NCBI GenBank assembly: GCA_020723385.1
Contig: DYIZ01000025.1
Span: forward strand, 1 to 50,912
DNA from: Candidatus Aquidulcis sp.
GTDB lineage: Bacteria; Chloroflexota; Anaerolineae; Anaerolineales; UBA4823
Length of the DNA stretch: 50,912 nt
Reading direction: 5' to 3'
In this document: positions 28,456 through 37,271 of the stretch, in pieces
How positions within the stretch are numbered: position 1 is the stretch's first letter
Layout: each line of letters begins with the position of its first letter
The notes under the pieces: model-generated
Databases searched by the model: none
Seen by the model: the letters and a program-made list of their open reading frames with translations, nothing else
What the model was told of the DNA's origin: nothing
Position numbers and translations under genes: made by a program

Positions 28456-28701
28456 ATGTCATCCAACGATGAAATTTTTGCTAAAGTGAAGGACATCATC
28501 ATTGATTTGCTTGGTGTCCCGGCAGAAAAAATCAACCTCGAAGCTCGCTTTCGTGAGGATTTAGAGGCCGACTCACTCGATCTGGTCGAGCTGATCATGG
28601 CCTTTGAGGACAAATTCGGCGGCGAGATTTCCGACGAGGATGCCCAGAAGATCACCACGGTGGGCGAGGCGGTTACCTACCTGGGCAGCCACGGCGCCTG
28701 A
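28456..28701 (+). CDS. acpP: Acyl carrier protein
   Basis: 81 aa with the DSLD phosphopantetheine attachment motif ([12 protein letters not shown]). GGAGG ribosome-binding site. Confidence 0.9.
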   Translation: MSSNDEIFAKVKDIIIDLLGVPAEKINLEARFREDLEADSLDLVELIMAFEDKFGGEISDEDAQKITTVGEAVTYLGSHGA

Positions 28702-28718
28702 CGCTTCCTGTTTTGTCG

Positions 28719-28757
28719 AATGCAGACTTTAGATCGCGCGACTAAAGTCTGCATTTG
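28719..28757 (+). terminator. Rho-independent terminator after the ACP gene
   Basis: Perfect 14-bp stem aatgcagactttag / ctaaagtctgcatt followed by TTGATTT. Confidence 0.65.
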
Positions 28758-28788
28758 ATTTAAGGCTGCGCCGCAGCCTGAGGGAAGA

Positions 28789-28851
28789 AGCCGGAAATTA
28801 GAGGTTGACGCCAGCGAAGCTGGCGTCAACCTCTAATTTCCGGCTCTTCAT
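28789..28851. repeat. 27-bp perfect inverted repeat with a 3-nt loop (not a canonical terminator)
   Basis: agccggaaattagaggttgacgccagc GAA gctggcgtcaacctctaatttccggct. There is no clear U-tract on either strand. It lies between the convergent ACP and binding-protein genes. Confidence 0.6.
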
Positions 28852-28854
28852 TGA

Positions 28855-30948
28855 TTATTTTAGCTTGGAGGGATCAATCCAAAGATACCGCTCCAGAGAA
28901 ATATCCACCGGGGTCAGGATGTAACCCTGGATATGCGGCTTGACCAGCACATAAGAGATAGCGTGGACGATAAAGATCGCCGCTGCGTCATCTACAATGA
29001 GCTGTTCGGCTTGCTGGTAGAGTTGCAGGCGTTTGGTCACATCCTGCTCGACGCGGGCAGCCTCGAGCAGCCGGTCAACTTCCGGGTTGCTGTAGAGTCC
29101 CCGGTTTTGCTGCGCACCGGTGTGGAAAAGAGCGTCGGCGAAGTTTTCGGGGTCGGGATAGTCCGCGCACCAGCCGCCGCTGAACAGTTGGCCGTGATGC
29201 CCGGCGGTGATCTCGTCCAGGTAGAAATTGGGATCCAGGTTCTCGATGGTGATCGTCACCCCAAGGTTTTGCTGCCACATCTGCGCCAGCGCGGCTGTGC
29301 CGCGCGCAGCATCGCTGCCGTAACCGCTGTCGGTGTAAACGATGGGCGGCAGACCTTCTGGCCCGCCATATTTCGATTCCGCCAGGAGCCGGCGCGCCTC
29401 ATCCGGGTCGTAGAGCCACCCTTGCAGGTTGGGTGTGTAGCCGGGCAATCCCGGAGGGAAGATTCCTTCGGCGGGCACGCCGATCCCTTGCAATACCACG
29501 TCAATGTATTTCTGCCGGTCGAAAGCCAGCGTGAAAGCACGGCGCACTTTAGGATCATCGAAGGGCGGCTGAGTCACATCGAAAACGTGGTAGCTTGTGC
29601 AAAGGTTGACGCTGCTGATCAAATCGGTGTGCAGCGGCTCTTCGGGGTCGAGCATACGCGGCACATCGTAGATGCTCACACCGGTCACGTCAATGTCGCC
29701 GCTTTCGTAAAGGCGAAGGCCCACCCCCTGGTAAAGCTGTACCACGACATACGGAATGGCTGGCGCACCGGCGTAGAAATCATCGAAGCGCTGGTATGTT
29801 TTAGATTCGAACGGTTTCCACTCCGTCAACCGGTAGGGGCCGGTTCCGTTCGGGGTGCGGTACCAGTCTTCGCCAGATTCGACGTTGGCCTTGTCCAACA
29901 CGAACGCGGTGGGGTAGGTCAGTTTGAGTAAAAAGTAGGGTTTGGGGGCGTCAATCGTCACTTGCAAGGTGTGGTCGTCAATCACTTTCAGCCCAGAAAT
30001 GTGATCGGCATCGCCCGCTTGCATTTCTGCGACGCCGACGATGTCGCCGAGATAAGTGAGCACAGTGTCGGAGCTGGTCGCCGGGGCGGCGGCGCGCTCC
30101 CAGGAATAGACGACATCCTGCGCAGTGACCGGGCGTCCATCATGGAAGCGGGCATTGCTGTGCAGGGTGAACGTATAGATTGTGCCGCCCGCTACCTGCC
30201 AGGTTTCTGCCAGATCGGGGATCAGATTCATCTGCGGGTCGAAAGCCACCAGCCCGCTGAAAACCAGCTTATCGCCGGAACTGTGCATGGTCGCGGGATC
30301 GTTCTCGCGGGGATTGGTCGATTCGCCGCCCAGCAAGACAAGCGCCTCGTCGCGGCTGATACCGCCGGCCAGGACGGGCGCTTCGAGGTGGAGCGACATC
30401 GTAAGCTGGCTGATTTCGTCTGCGTATGTATCGAAACGGGAAGGGGTGGTGAAGATGAGCAAGGTGAAGGCGCGCCCGCCGTAAGCGGCAGTGGTCATGT
30501 TGACTTTGAGCGTCTCGCCGTCGTCGCGTTTGCCGGTAGCGACAGTCACCCAGGCATCCGTGCCGTCTGCCAAGGTGATGGCCTCATCACGTTCGAATTG
30601 CTGGTTTGTCAAGTCACCAAGAACGCTCTGCGCCAGCTCTGCGGAGTAGGCCTCAACCGAGTCGCTGGCAAACGGGCCGGTAAATAACATGCCAACCACA
30701 GAGTTGGATGGCCCGTAGAACATCGTCAGCACGCCCTCGCTTTCGCCGGGGCCGGTCGTCCAATCATCGGGGAGGGTCACGCTGACACCCGATTCTGGGT
30801 TCGAATAGACGTTGCCAGTCACAATGGGCGTACCGTTCCCCGAGACCGGTGTGCTCGTCGGTGTTTTGGGGGTGAACAGGCTGCACGACATCAGGAGCAG
30901 CAATGCGGCTGCCGTAAGGCCGATCTGAAACTTGGCTGTCGGTTTCAT
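28855..30948 (-). CDS. ABC transporter substrate-binding lipoprotein, family 5 (oligopeptide/dipeptide type), with an extra N-terminal domain of about 210 aa
   Basis: The start is taken at MKPTAKFQIGL (30948) with lipobox LLMSCS. The SBP_bac_5 region begins near …DKLVFSGLVAFDPQMNLIPDLAETW…. The start overlaps the stop of the upstream metalloprotease gene. Confidence 0.8.
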   Translation of the reverse strand: MKPTAKFQIGLTAAALLLLMSCSLFTPKTPTSTPVSGNGTPIVTGNVYSNPESGVSVTLPDDWTTGPGESEGVLTMFYGPSNSVVGMLFTGPFASDSVEAYSAELAQSVLGDLTNQQFERDEAITLADGTDAWVTVATGKRDDGETLKVNMTTAAYGGRAFTLLIFTTPSRFDTYADEISQLTMSLHLEAPVLAGGISRDEALVLLGGESTNPRENDPATMHSSGDKLVFSGLVAFDPQMNLIPDLAETWQVAGGTIYTFTLHSNARFHDGRPVTAQDVVYSWERAAAPATSSDTVLTYLGDIVGVAEMQAGDADHISGLKVIDDHTLQVTIDAPKPYFLLKLTYPTAFVLDKANVESGEDWYRTPNGTGPYRLTEWKPFESKTYQRFDDFYAGAPAIPYVVVQLYQGVGLRLYESGDIDVTGVSIYDVPRMLDPEEPLHTDLISSVNLCTSYHVFDVTQPPFDDPKVRRAFTLAFDRQKYIDVVLQGIGVPAEGIFPPGLPGYTPNLQGWLYDPDEARRLLAESKYGGPEGLPPIVYTDSGYGSDAARGTAALAQMWQQNLGVTITIENLDPNFYLDEITAGHHGQLFSGGWCADYPDPENFADALFHTGAQQNRGLYSNPEVDRLLEAARVEQDVTKRLQLYQQAEQLIVDDAAAIFIVHAISYVLVKPHIQGYILTPVDISLERYLWIDPSKLK

Positions 30949-32372
30949 TGTTCTGCCTCTTTCAGTTGGCGGCTGCGGACGATAAGGAAAATGATAAATC
31001 CGCAAAACAGGGCGACAAAGACAAAAAAGGCGATTCCATTCTGAAGCGTGATGCCACTGCCGGTTTGGATGCTCGCCACAGTGAGGTTTTCTGGAACCGG
31101 TGTGGGGGAGGCGGCAGCCAGGGCTACCGCGGCAACCGTGGCGGTTGGCGAAGCGGTGGGTGCAGGGCGGGTCGGACCGGCAGTGGGGATGATGGGAATC
31201 CCGGAGACTGGCACAATCGTCGGGACAGCGGTGGGCGTGGGGGTGGGCGGAGCCTGCCCAGCCGCGATACGCGGCGCGGCGCCAATCTTCGCCCGCCAGG
31301 TATCCTCGAACCCTTCGATGTCGAAGCCATACACGGCTCGAAGTGCGTCGTCAACCGTTGCTCCGGCTTGAAGCGTATCCAGGAAAGTCTGCATGTCAGC
31401 TTGCCCATACTCGGTGATGAGAAAATTTACCAGGGTGTACGACTGGCTGTACGACAAATCGGCTTTATCGGGGTCTTCTGAAAAGCCGCCGCTCAACGAG
31501 CGTACTGCGATCAATGTGTCGGCGGCGACGGCTGAGTCGAAATTATCCTGCTCGGCGCTGTCCAACCCGCCCTCGCCGTAAACTGCCAGCCCCTCGACCA
31601 GCCAGGTGGGCATGAATCCCAGGCAGGTAAAGGTCTCGCGCCCGACGAGAACGTGGGTCAGCTCGTGGGCTTCAGTGTCTTTGCCCCATTCGATCTGATC
31701 GGGCGAGATGCCAATGATAACGATGCTGTGCTCGGGATACGCAAGACCGCCCGTCCAGCCCGGCTCGTAGAGCACAGCTTCGCGCATATCGTCGGTGGTG
31801 GCGTAGATATAAAGGTCAACCGGCGCGTCGGCGGCGATACCGGTGCTCTGCACCAGCCCGGCAAGGGCATCCACCGCAGCATTATGTAAATCATTCCCGA
31901 ATCTGCTGCCCCCGCTGTACCAGTGCAGGTTGATATTCCCGCCGGAGATGGTTTCCCAGGGGTGAGTGTTATCCAGCCAGGTGACGGTCTGTTTCTCGGT
32001 GGTTTGTTCGGCGCCGCCTGGGCTGGTCACTACCCAGCGCCACCAGATTTGTGCACCCGGCGGCAGCGACCCTGATTGTTTCATCTCCCATGTCCACGAT
32101 ACGGAAAGATCGTCGCCTGCCTCGAAATCGGGAAAAGCCTTGGCGATCACCGTGCCGCAGGTGATCTGGGATGTACCGTATTCCAACGTGATATCCTGAA
32201 TCTCGCCGCCGTTTTGGATGTCGGCCTCGAAAGTGATGCGGTCTGGAAACTCAAGGCTGGCGTGGTTGGCGGTGAACTGAATGGTTCCCTGGGCGCGGCT
32301 TACGAGATTTGGCCGACTGACGGAGAGCAGAATCAGAAAAGTAAGTAATGAAACTAGCGGTTTGTAGCGCAT
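30945..32372 (-). CDS. Membrane-anchored secreted zinc metalloprotease (HExxH) with a Pro/Thr linker and C-terminal transmembrane helix
   Basis: The start is taken at MRYKPLVSLLTFLILL (AGGAGA ribosome-binding site). HELTHVL…EGLAVYGEGG zincin motif. PPTPTPTAVPTIVP linker. C-terminal hydrophobic helix FFVFVALFCGFIIFLIV. Confidence 0.7.
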   Translation of the reverse strand: MRYKPLVSLLTFLILLSVSRPNLVSRAQGTIQFTANHASLEFPDRITFEADIQNGGEIQDITLEYGTSQITCGTVIAKAFPDFEAGDDLSVSWTWEMKQSGSLPPGAQIWWRWVVTSPGGAEQTTEKQTVTWLDNTHPWETISGGNINLHWYSGGSRFGNDLHNAAVDALAGLVQSTGIAADAPVDLYIYATTDDMREAVLYEPGWTGGLAYPEHSIVIIGISPDQIEWGKDTEAHELTHVLVGRETFTCLGFMPTWLVEGLAVYGEGGLDSAEQDNFDSAVAADTLIAVRSLSGGFSEDPDKADLSYSQSYTLVNFLITEYGQADMQTFLDTLQAGATVDDALRAVYGFDIEGFEDTWRAKIGAAPRIAAGQAPPTPTPTAVPTIVPVSGIPIIPTAGPTRPAPTASPTATVAAVALAAASPTPVPENLTVASIQTGSGITLQNGIAFFVFVALFCGFIIFLIVRSRQLKEAEQ

Positions 32373-32538
32373 GTTCTTCTCCTGGGCGTGATTGCCCCAA
32401 TTAAAGTGATTTCCCATTGTTCAAAGTATACCCCCAACTTTGCTGGCGGACAAAACAAGTCGAATCGTGGTAAGATACCGCAGATCAGTATGGTCAATTA
32501 TTCTTGCCGACGATTCCCTGTTTCAGAAAGGCAGCCCC

Positions 32539-33111
32539 ATGAGCAGTTTCTCGCTCGACCCGGAGACGCGGCGTGAGCACGCCGCCAAGATGGTCTTGAC
32601 CGGCATCTTTTTTGCTATTTTTGGGATTTTTATCAGCGGCAATACACTGCGGCGGCGAGGCAGCCCGGAATACCGCCTCAGCTTGCTCGATCTGATCTTG
32701 ATGGGGCTTTCGGTGTTTCGTATGGGACGCTTGATAGCCTACGACCGGGTGAGCGAGCCGTTCCGCAGGCCATTCACCGAAACTGTGCCAGACGACACCG
32801 GCGCGGGCGATACGGTCGTTGCGCGCGGCGTGGGTGCTCGCCAGGCAATCGGCCAATTGATCTCCTGCCCGATCTGCGCCGGAACCTGGGTTGCCGCGGC
32901 GTTGGCTTATGGAATGCAGGTCTTTCCCGGCCCAACGCGGCTGTTCAACACCATCATGGGAATGGCAGGTTTGGTGGAAATCCTCAATGCGCTGGTCGAA
33001 GCGCTGCAATGGATCGGCCAGCTTGCGCGGGCAGCGACAGGGGTGAGTGCAGCGCAATCGGCTGGTCGGGCTGGCGAGGGGGGTAAGCGGCCCTCGGTTG
33101 GGCAAGATTAG
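32539..33111 (+). CDS. DUF1360-like integral membrane protein
   Basis: The start is taken at MSSFSLDP. Hydrophobic helices and a conserved-looking CPICAGTW motif are present. The supplied ORF's upstream extension is not supported. Confidence 0.5.
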   Translation: MSSFSLDPETRREHAAKMVLTGIFFAIFGIFISGNTLRRRGSPEYRLSLLDLILMGLSVFRMGRLIAYDRVSEPFRRPFTETVPDDTGAGDTVVARGVGARQAIGQLISCPICAGTWVAAALAYGMQVFPGPTRLFNTIMGMAGLVEILNALVEALQWIGQLARAATGVSAAQSAGRAGEGGKRPSVGQD

Positions 33112-33138
33112 TTGGCGCTTCAGGATTTGCCGTTATGA

Positions 33139-34029
33139 TTATCTGACCGGGAAAATCTGGAACACTGTGAAATCCACCCAATACAAGCCGACCGTATTCG
33201 GGATGGCGGCCAGCAGCCGGTCGCCGATGTCTTTCGGCGGGTCTGCCAATTCGCCCCACCAGCGTTTATCGTCTATGTAACCATACTGGAAGCCCACCGG
33301 CGCGGGCGCGAAGGCTCGTCCCCAGGCGGCAAATTCCGATTCCATCTCGTCGAGGGAGGCAAACCCCTGGCTGTCGTCCACGAAATAAAGCCCCTCGCGG
33401 ACGGTGGGCGGCATCATATTGGCCTCCCAATGTTTGAGGAACAACCGATAAGCCGGGTTGTGCGAGCGGGCAGCCGCCAGCCATGCCTGAGCAACCTCGT
33501 CGGTGACCGGTTTGCCTTCCGGCTCATCATAGGATTGGTACCATTCCACGTCCACCCCCACGCCGATGACGCACGGGTGGCGGCTGTAGCGGTCGAGCAT
33601 GATATGGATGAGCTGGTCAACCGGCGCATTGCCCGGCTCGACTTGCAGCCAGACATCCAGCCCGATCTGGTCGAAGAGGGTCAGCGCTTCGTCGTTCTGA
33701 TCGTCCATTCCGAAGTGGATGAGCAGGTCGTCGCTGGCGCCGGGGAAGGAGAAGAAGGTGCCCTGTCCGGAGACCTGGCTGACGATCCAGATTGCCTGCG
33801 ATTTTGTACCGGGGAATTTGGCTGCCATTTGCTGACCGACGCCGGCCCAATAGTCCGCGCCCGGATCGTAACCGGGGCCATACTGGGAAAACCGGAATCC
33901 CGCGGCCGGGATGAGCGGGGGCTGCGTGGGCGCTGCGGTTGGTGCGGGCTTACCCGCCAGCCCGCAGGCTGTGAGCAGGAAGAGCATCGAGAGGGACAGA
34001 AACCATTGGGGTGCGGAGAAATGAATCAT
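33139..34029 (-). CDS. Secreted lipoprotein, function unknown (last gene of the carbohydrate locus)
   Basis: 296 aa. Lipobox LLTACG. Confidence 0.5.
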   Translation of the reverse strand: MIHFSAPQWFLSLSMLFLLTACGLAGKPAPTAAPTQPPLIPAAGFRFSQYGPGYDPGADYWAGVGQQMAAKFPGTKSQAIWIVSQVSGQGTFFSFPGASDDLLIHFGMDDQNDEALTLFDQIGLDVWLQVEPGNAPVDQLIHIMLDRYSRHPCVIGVGVDVEWYQSYDEPEGKPVTDEVAQAWLAAARSHNPAYRLFLKHWEANMMPPTVREGLYFVDDSQGFASLDEMESEFAAWGRAFAPAPVGFQYGYIDDKRWWGELADPPKDIGDRLLAAIPNTVGLYWVDFTVFQIFPVR

Positions 34030-34047
34030 TTCGCGAGGGGAAAAGGG

Positions 34048-34884
34048 TCAGGGGATAAGGGCCAAAGCGGAAAATGAAATGAGTTCAATACCTTGCTGTT
34101 TTACAGCTTCCAGCGCCGCCGGGTCGGTCAGCGAGGCCAGTTCGATCTCCCGTTGGCGATTATAGGATGAACCAGCCAGCAGTTCCTCATCGGCGTAGCC
34201 GGGATGGCACATCAGCTCGGTGATGCCATCGGGCAGGGCCGCCAGGATGTTCAGCAGGTTGGCGGTGGTAGCGGTCTCATCGTAGAACGCTGCCTCGAAA
34301 TGATTGGGGTGAGGCGGGGCGAATGAGGCTATCAAATCTGTGGTGAACTGGCGAAACTGGGCGGCGATGTTGTCGGGCAGGCCGTCGAAAATTGCCTGGC
34401 CGTCGGTTATCGGGGAGCGGATGGCGCAGCCGTATTCGACAGCCAGTTCGAGCATGGCGCGGAATAGCGGCGGCAGGAGATAGGATGTGTGATGGTGGGA
34501 ATCGAGATGGTCTGGACTGCGCCCCACAGTGGCGACGAACAACTCGATTTGGGCGCGCCATTCCAAGGTTGCTTCAGTCACGCTGACGAAGGGCAGGCGC
34601 GCCATGAATTCATCCAATCCCGGAAATCGGCCATCCTCGCCGGTAAGGGTGCTGATCTGTTTGGGAGGCAGCAGCGGGCGGCCGCTGGTCAACACCAAAT
34701 GGACGCCCAATCCCAGGGATGGGCAGTCCCGCTGGGCCAGGCGCAGCGCGGCCTCCACGCCGGGCATATTCATCATCGCTGTGGTGGAGGTGACGATGCC
34801 GCACTGGTGCGCCTCACGAATCCCGGCCGATACGCCCGCTGTGCGCCCGTAATCATCGGCGTTGACAATCAATCGTTTTGTCAT
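34048..34884 (-). CDS. YdjC/ChbG-family carbohydrate deacetylase
   Basis: 278 aa starting MTKRLIVNADDYG, the hallmark of the YdjC/ChbG (chitooligosaccharide deacetylase) family. Confidence 0.85.
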   Translation of the reverse strand: MTKRLIVNADDYGRTAGVSAGIREAHQCGIVTSTTAMMNMPGVEAALRLAQRDCPSLGLGVHLVLTSGRPLLPPKQISTLTGEDGRFPGLDEFMARLPFVSVTEATLEWRAQIELFVATVGRSPDHLDSHHHTSYLLPPLFRAMLELAVEYGCAIRSPITDGQAIFDGLPDNIAAQFRQFTTDLIASFAPPHPNHFEAAFYDETATTANLLNILAALPDGITELMCHPGYADEELLAGSSYNRQREIELASLTDPAALEAVKQQGIELISFSALALIP

Positions 34885-34890
34885 TGTTCC

Positions 34891-36099
34891 TCACTGGCTC
34901 AGAGTCAGGTTCATCCGCCGGGCCAGCGGCTCCAGCCGGGAGCGGAGAATCGTTTCGACATCAGCCGCAGGGTCGCTGTCCAAATCTGATTGCAACTGCA
35001 CCAGTTCTTGTCCCAATTGATATTCGATGCGCCGCCAAAGCGGGACGATTTTATAGGGCCGCCCCGTGCTCACGGCCTGCTCGACGGTTTGGCTTAGTCC
35101 GGAAGGCTGGAGCGCCAGCAACTGAAGCGCATCCAGCCGAGCCGGTATGGCGGCATCCATTTCGGCGCGGCGGATTTGGGCTGCCTGGCCGGCCAGGTAA
35201 TTGACCAGCGCCACAGCCGCCCGTTCGCGTTCCGGGTAGCCCTGGGTGTGCCGCCAGATGACCAGGTTGCCGCCGCCGAACCAGGGAACTCGGGTCGGGA
35301 TAGCAGTTCCCAATTGGCCGCGGACGATCTCGACGGCTTGCCCACCTGCCAGGGTTTGAATGGCGTCGCTGTTCGTCAATATCATCGCGGCCTGACCTTG
35401 TGCAAAGAGGTTGTGGCATTGATCGTAATTCAGCATAAGAGCGGCTGGCGTCATCCCTCGCCGCAGCTCGAAATAAGCTTTGAACCCGGCCAGTGCATCG
35501 GGTTGGTTGAACGAAGTGCGCTTGCCATCGTCGCTGATGAAGTCGCCGCCTGCCTCCCACACCCAACTGGCCGAGGTGTGCAAGAGATCGGTGAAAGGGA
35601 AGGGGGGCACGATCAATGGATTTTCGACCCCGGCAACCGCCAGGCCGCGTGCGGTTTCGGCGAGAGCCTGTGCGGAACCAAAAGCGGTTTCTTCGTTGAT
35701 CCCTGCCTGGCGCAGCACATCCCGCCGGTAGCAAATCAGGTAGAGATAGCTGTACCAGGGGACTGCCCAAACCTGCGAATCCCCGGCCAGTGTGACGCTC
35801 TTCCAATCCGAAGCGACAAATGCCCGTGATCCGCCGATGGCAGCCACCTCCCGGGAGGTAAACGGCCGCAGGGCGTTCATCTCGACCAGGCTGTTACACC
35901 ACGTCGAGCCGACGTGTGAGACATCCGGCCCCTTGCCCTGGGTAATGATTGTGAACAATTCTTGCCAGGCGTTTTCCCAGGTTTGCAGGCGCAGCCGGAC
36001 ACGGACGCGGTACTCGTTTTGGAAATTTTCCAGCAGTTGAGGGATTCTCGCCGCGCTGTCCGGTGCATCCTCGATGATTGAGAACTCGATTTCTTGCAT
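34891..36099 (-). CDS. Solute-binding-protein family 1 (sugar ABC binding protein) homolog lacking any signal peptide or lipobox
   Basis: The start is taken at MQEIEFSIIED (GGGAGG ribosome-binding site; ATG at 36099 directly after the GH18 stop at 36111). The SBP_bac_1-like core is clear (…VWAVPWYSYLYLICYRRDVL…). There is no hydrophobic N-terminus even in the longer alternative ORF. Confidence 0.65.
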   Translation of the reverse strand: MQEIEFSIIEDAPDSAARIPQLLENFQNEYRVRVRLRLQTWENAWQELFTIITQGKGPDVSHVGSTWCNSLVEMNALRPFTSREVAAIGGSRAFVASDWKSVTLAGDSQVWAVPWYSYLYLICYRRDVLRQAGINEETAFGSAQALAETARGLAVAGVENPLIVPPFPFTDLLHTSASWVWEAGGDFISDDGKRTSFNQPDALAGFKAYFELRRGMTPAALMLNYDQCHNLFAQGQAAMILTNSDAIQTLAGGQAVEIVRGQLGTAIPTRVPWFGGGNLVIWRHTQGYPERERAAVALVNYLAGQAAQIRRAEMDAAIPARLDALQLLALQPSGLSQTVEQAVSTGRPYKIVPLWRRIEYQLGQELVQLQSDLDSDPAADVETILRSRLEPLARRMNLTLSQ

Positions 36100-36110
36100 G
36101 AAAACCTCCC

Positions 36111-37127
36111 TTATTTCACCGGCGTCGGCGTAGATGGGATTGCCAGCGGATGCCCGGATGCAGTCTGGTAAATGGCGTTGAGCAGCGAGGCGTCGCCGGC
36201 AGCATCCTGGCCCAACTCCCAAATCATGATGCCGGAGGCGCGCTGCATGGCAAGCTCGGTTTTGCGTTGGATGGTGGGGATGCCGTTGTAATATTGCGGG
36301 TGACCGGAAACGAGAAAGATATCGGTGAAAGCGGCGGCTGCATCAGTCTGAACGATCTTGCGATACTGGAGTTCGCCGGGTCGGCTATAAAATGGTACGC
36401 CGAGCACCGTTTTTTCTGCCTCCAGGCCGCGCCCGGCCCAATAGTCCAGCGCGGCGACGGCATATTCATACGGTGAATGATCGTCAGGCGCGCCATCGTA
36501 GGCCATGAGGTTCAAGAAATCCACTACGGCGAATGTTTCAGCCGGGATGCTGTCGCCGTTCTCGCCAACGGCGACCACCGCTGCGGTGAGCAGTTTCCCC
36601 TCGGGCAGGGCGGCGCGCAGCTCGCGCATCAGCGCCAGGAAGTTTTGCCCCGATTCACTCGTATCGGGGTATTCCCAGTCAATATCCACGCCGTCGAGCT
36701 GGTATTGCTCGACGTATTCCGCCATCCCGCTCACGAAGCGGGCGCGGCTCTCGGCGCTGGCGGTCAATTGCTCGAATTCGGCGTCGTATCCCCACCCGCC
36801 GACTGAGATCAACACCTGTACGCCATTGACATGCGACTTCGACACGACTTCTTCCAGCTTCCAGGGATTGACAACATCCGAGACGACGCCATCCGCCAGC
36901 GGGAGCAGGAAGGCGTAATTGATGTGGGTGAGTTTGTCGTACTGGATTTGATCCACCATATCCCAATCGGTCACGTACCCGACGATACGGAAGGCTGGCG
37001 TTGGAGAAGTCGGAGTCACGGTTGGGGGAATGGGAGTGTCCATCGGGGTTGGAGAGGCTGGTCGGTAGGTGCAACCGGCGATCAGTGTAATGATGAGCGG
37101 CAGAGCCAGGTAATATTTGAGGGGCAT
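36111..37127 (-). CDS. GH18 chitinase-like lipoprotein
   Basis: 338 aa. Lipobox LIAGCT. Pro/Thr linker. GH18 catalytic motif LDGVDIDWEYP (DxxDxDxE). Confidence 0.85.
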   Translation of the reverse strand: MPLKYYLALPLIITLIAGCTYRPASPTPMDTPIPPTVTPTSPTPAFRIVGYVTDWDMVDQIQYDKLTHINYAFLLPLADGVVSDVVNPWKLEEVVSKSHVNGVQVLISVGGWGYDAEFEQLTASAESRARFVSGMAEYVEQYQLDGVDIDWEYPDTSESGQNFLALMRELRAALPEGKLLTAAVVAVGENGDSIPAETFAVVDFLNLMAYDGAPDDHSPYEYAVAALDYWAGRGLEAEKTVLGVPFYSRPGELQYRKIVQTDAAAAFTDIFLVSGHPQYYNGIPTIQRKTELAMQRASGIMIWELGQDAAGDASLLNAIYQTASGHPLAIPSTPTPVK

Positions 37128-37168
37128 GTCAGCGCCTTACATGTGAATTATTAGCAGGATAAATGGAG

Positions 37169-37238
37169 AATCCGCTAATCCACGCTAATCCTCACAAAGT
37201 GTTTACAAGAATAGCGCCGATTAGCGAAGATTAGCGGA
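37169..37238. repeat. Copy 1 of a ~70-bp GATTAGCG-decamer element with terminal inverted repeats
   Basis: agaatccgctaatccacgctaatcc…gattagcgaagattagcgga. Decamers CGCTAATC(C) on the left and GATTAGCG(R)A on the right, in inverted orientation. Shares 14-mer and 10-mer exact ends with copy 2. Confidence 0.7.
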
Positions 37239-37271
37239 CTCCTTTCCAGTTTATCCAGCTTGAAGATAGTT

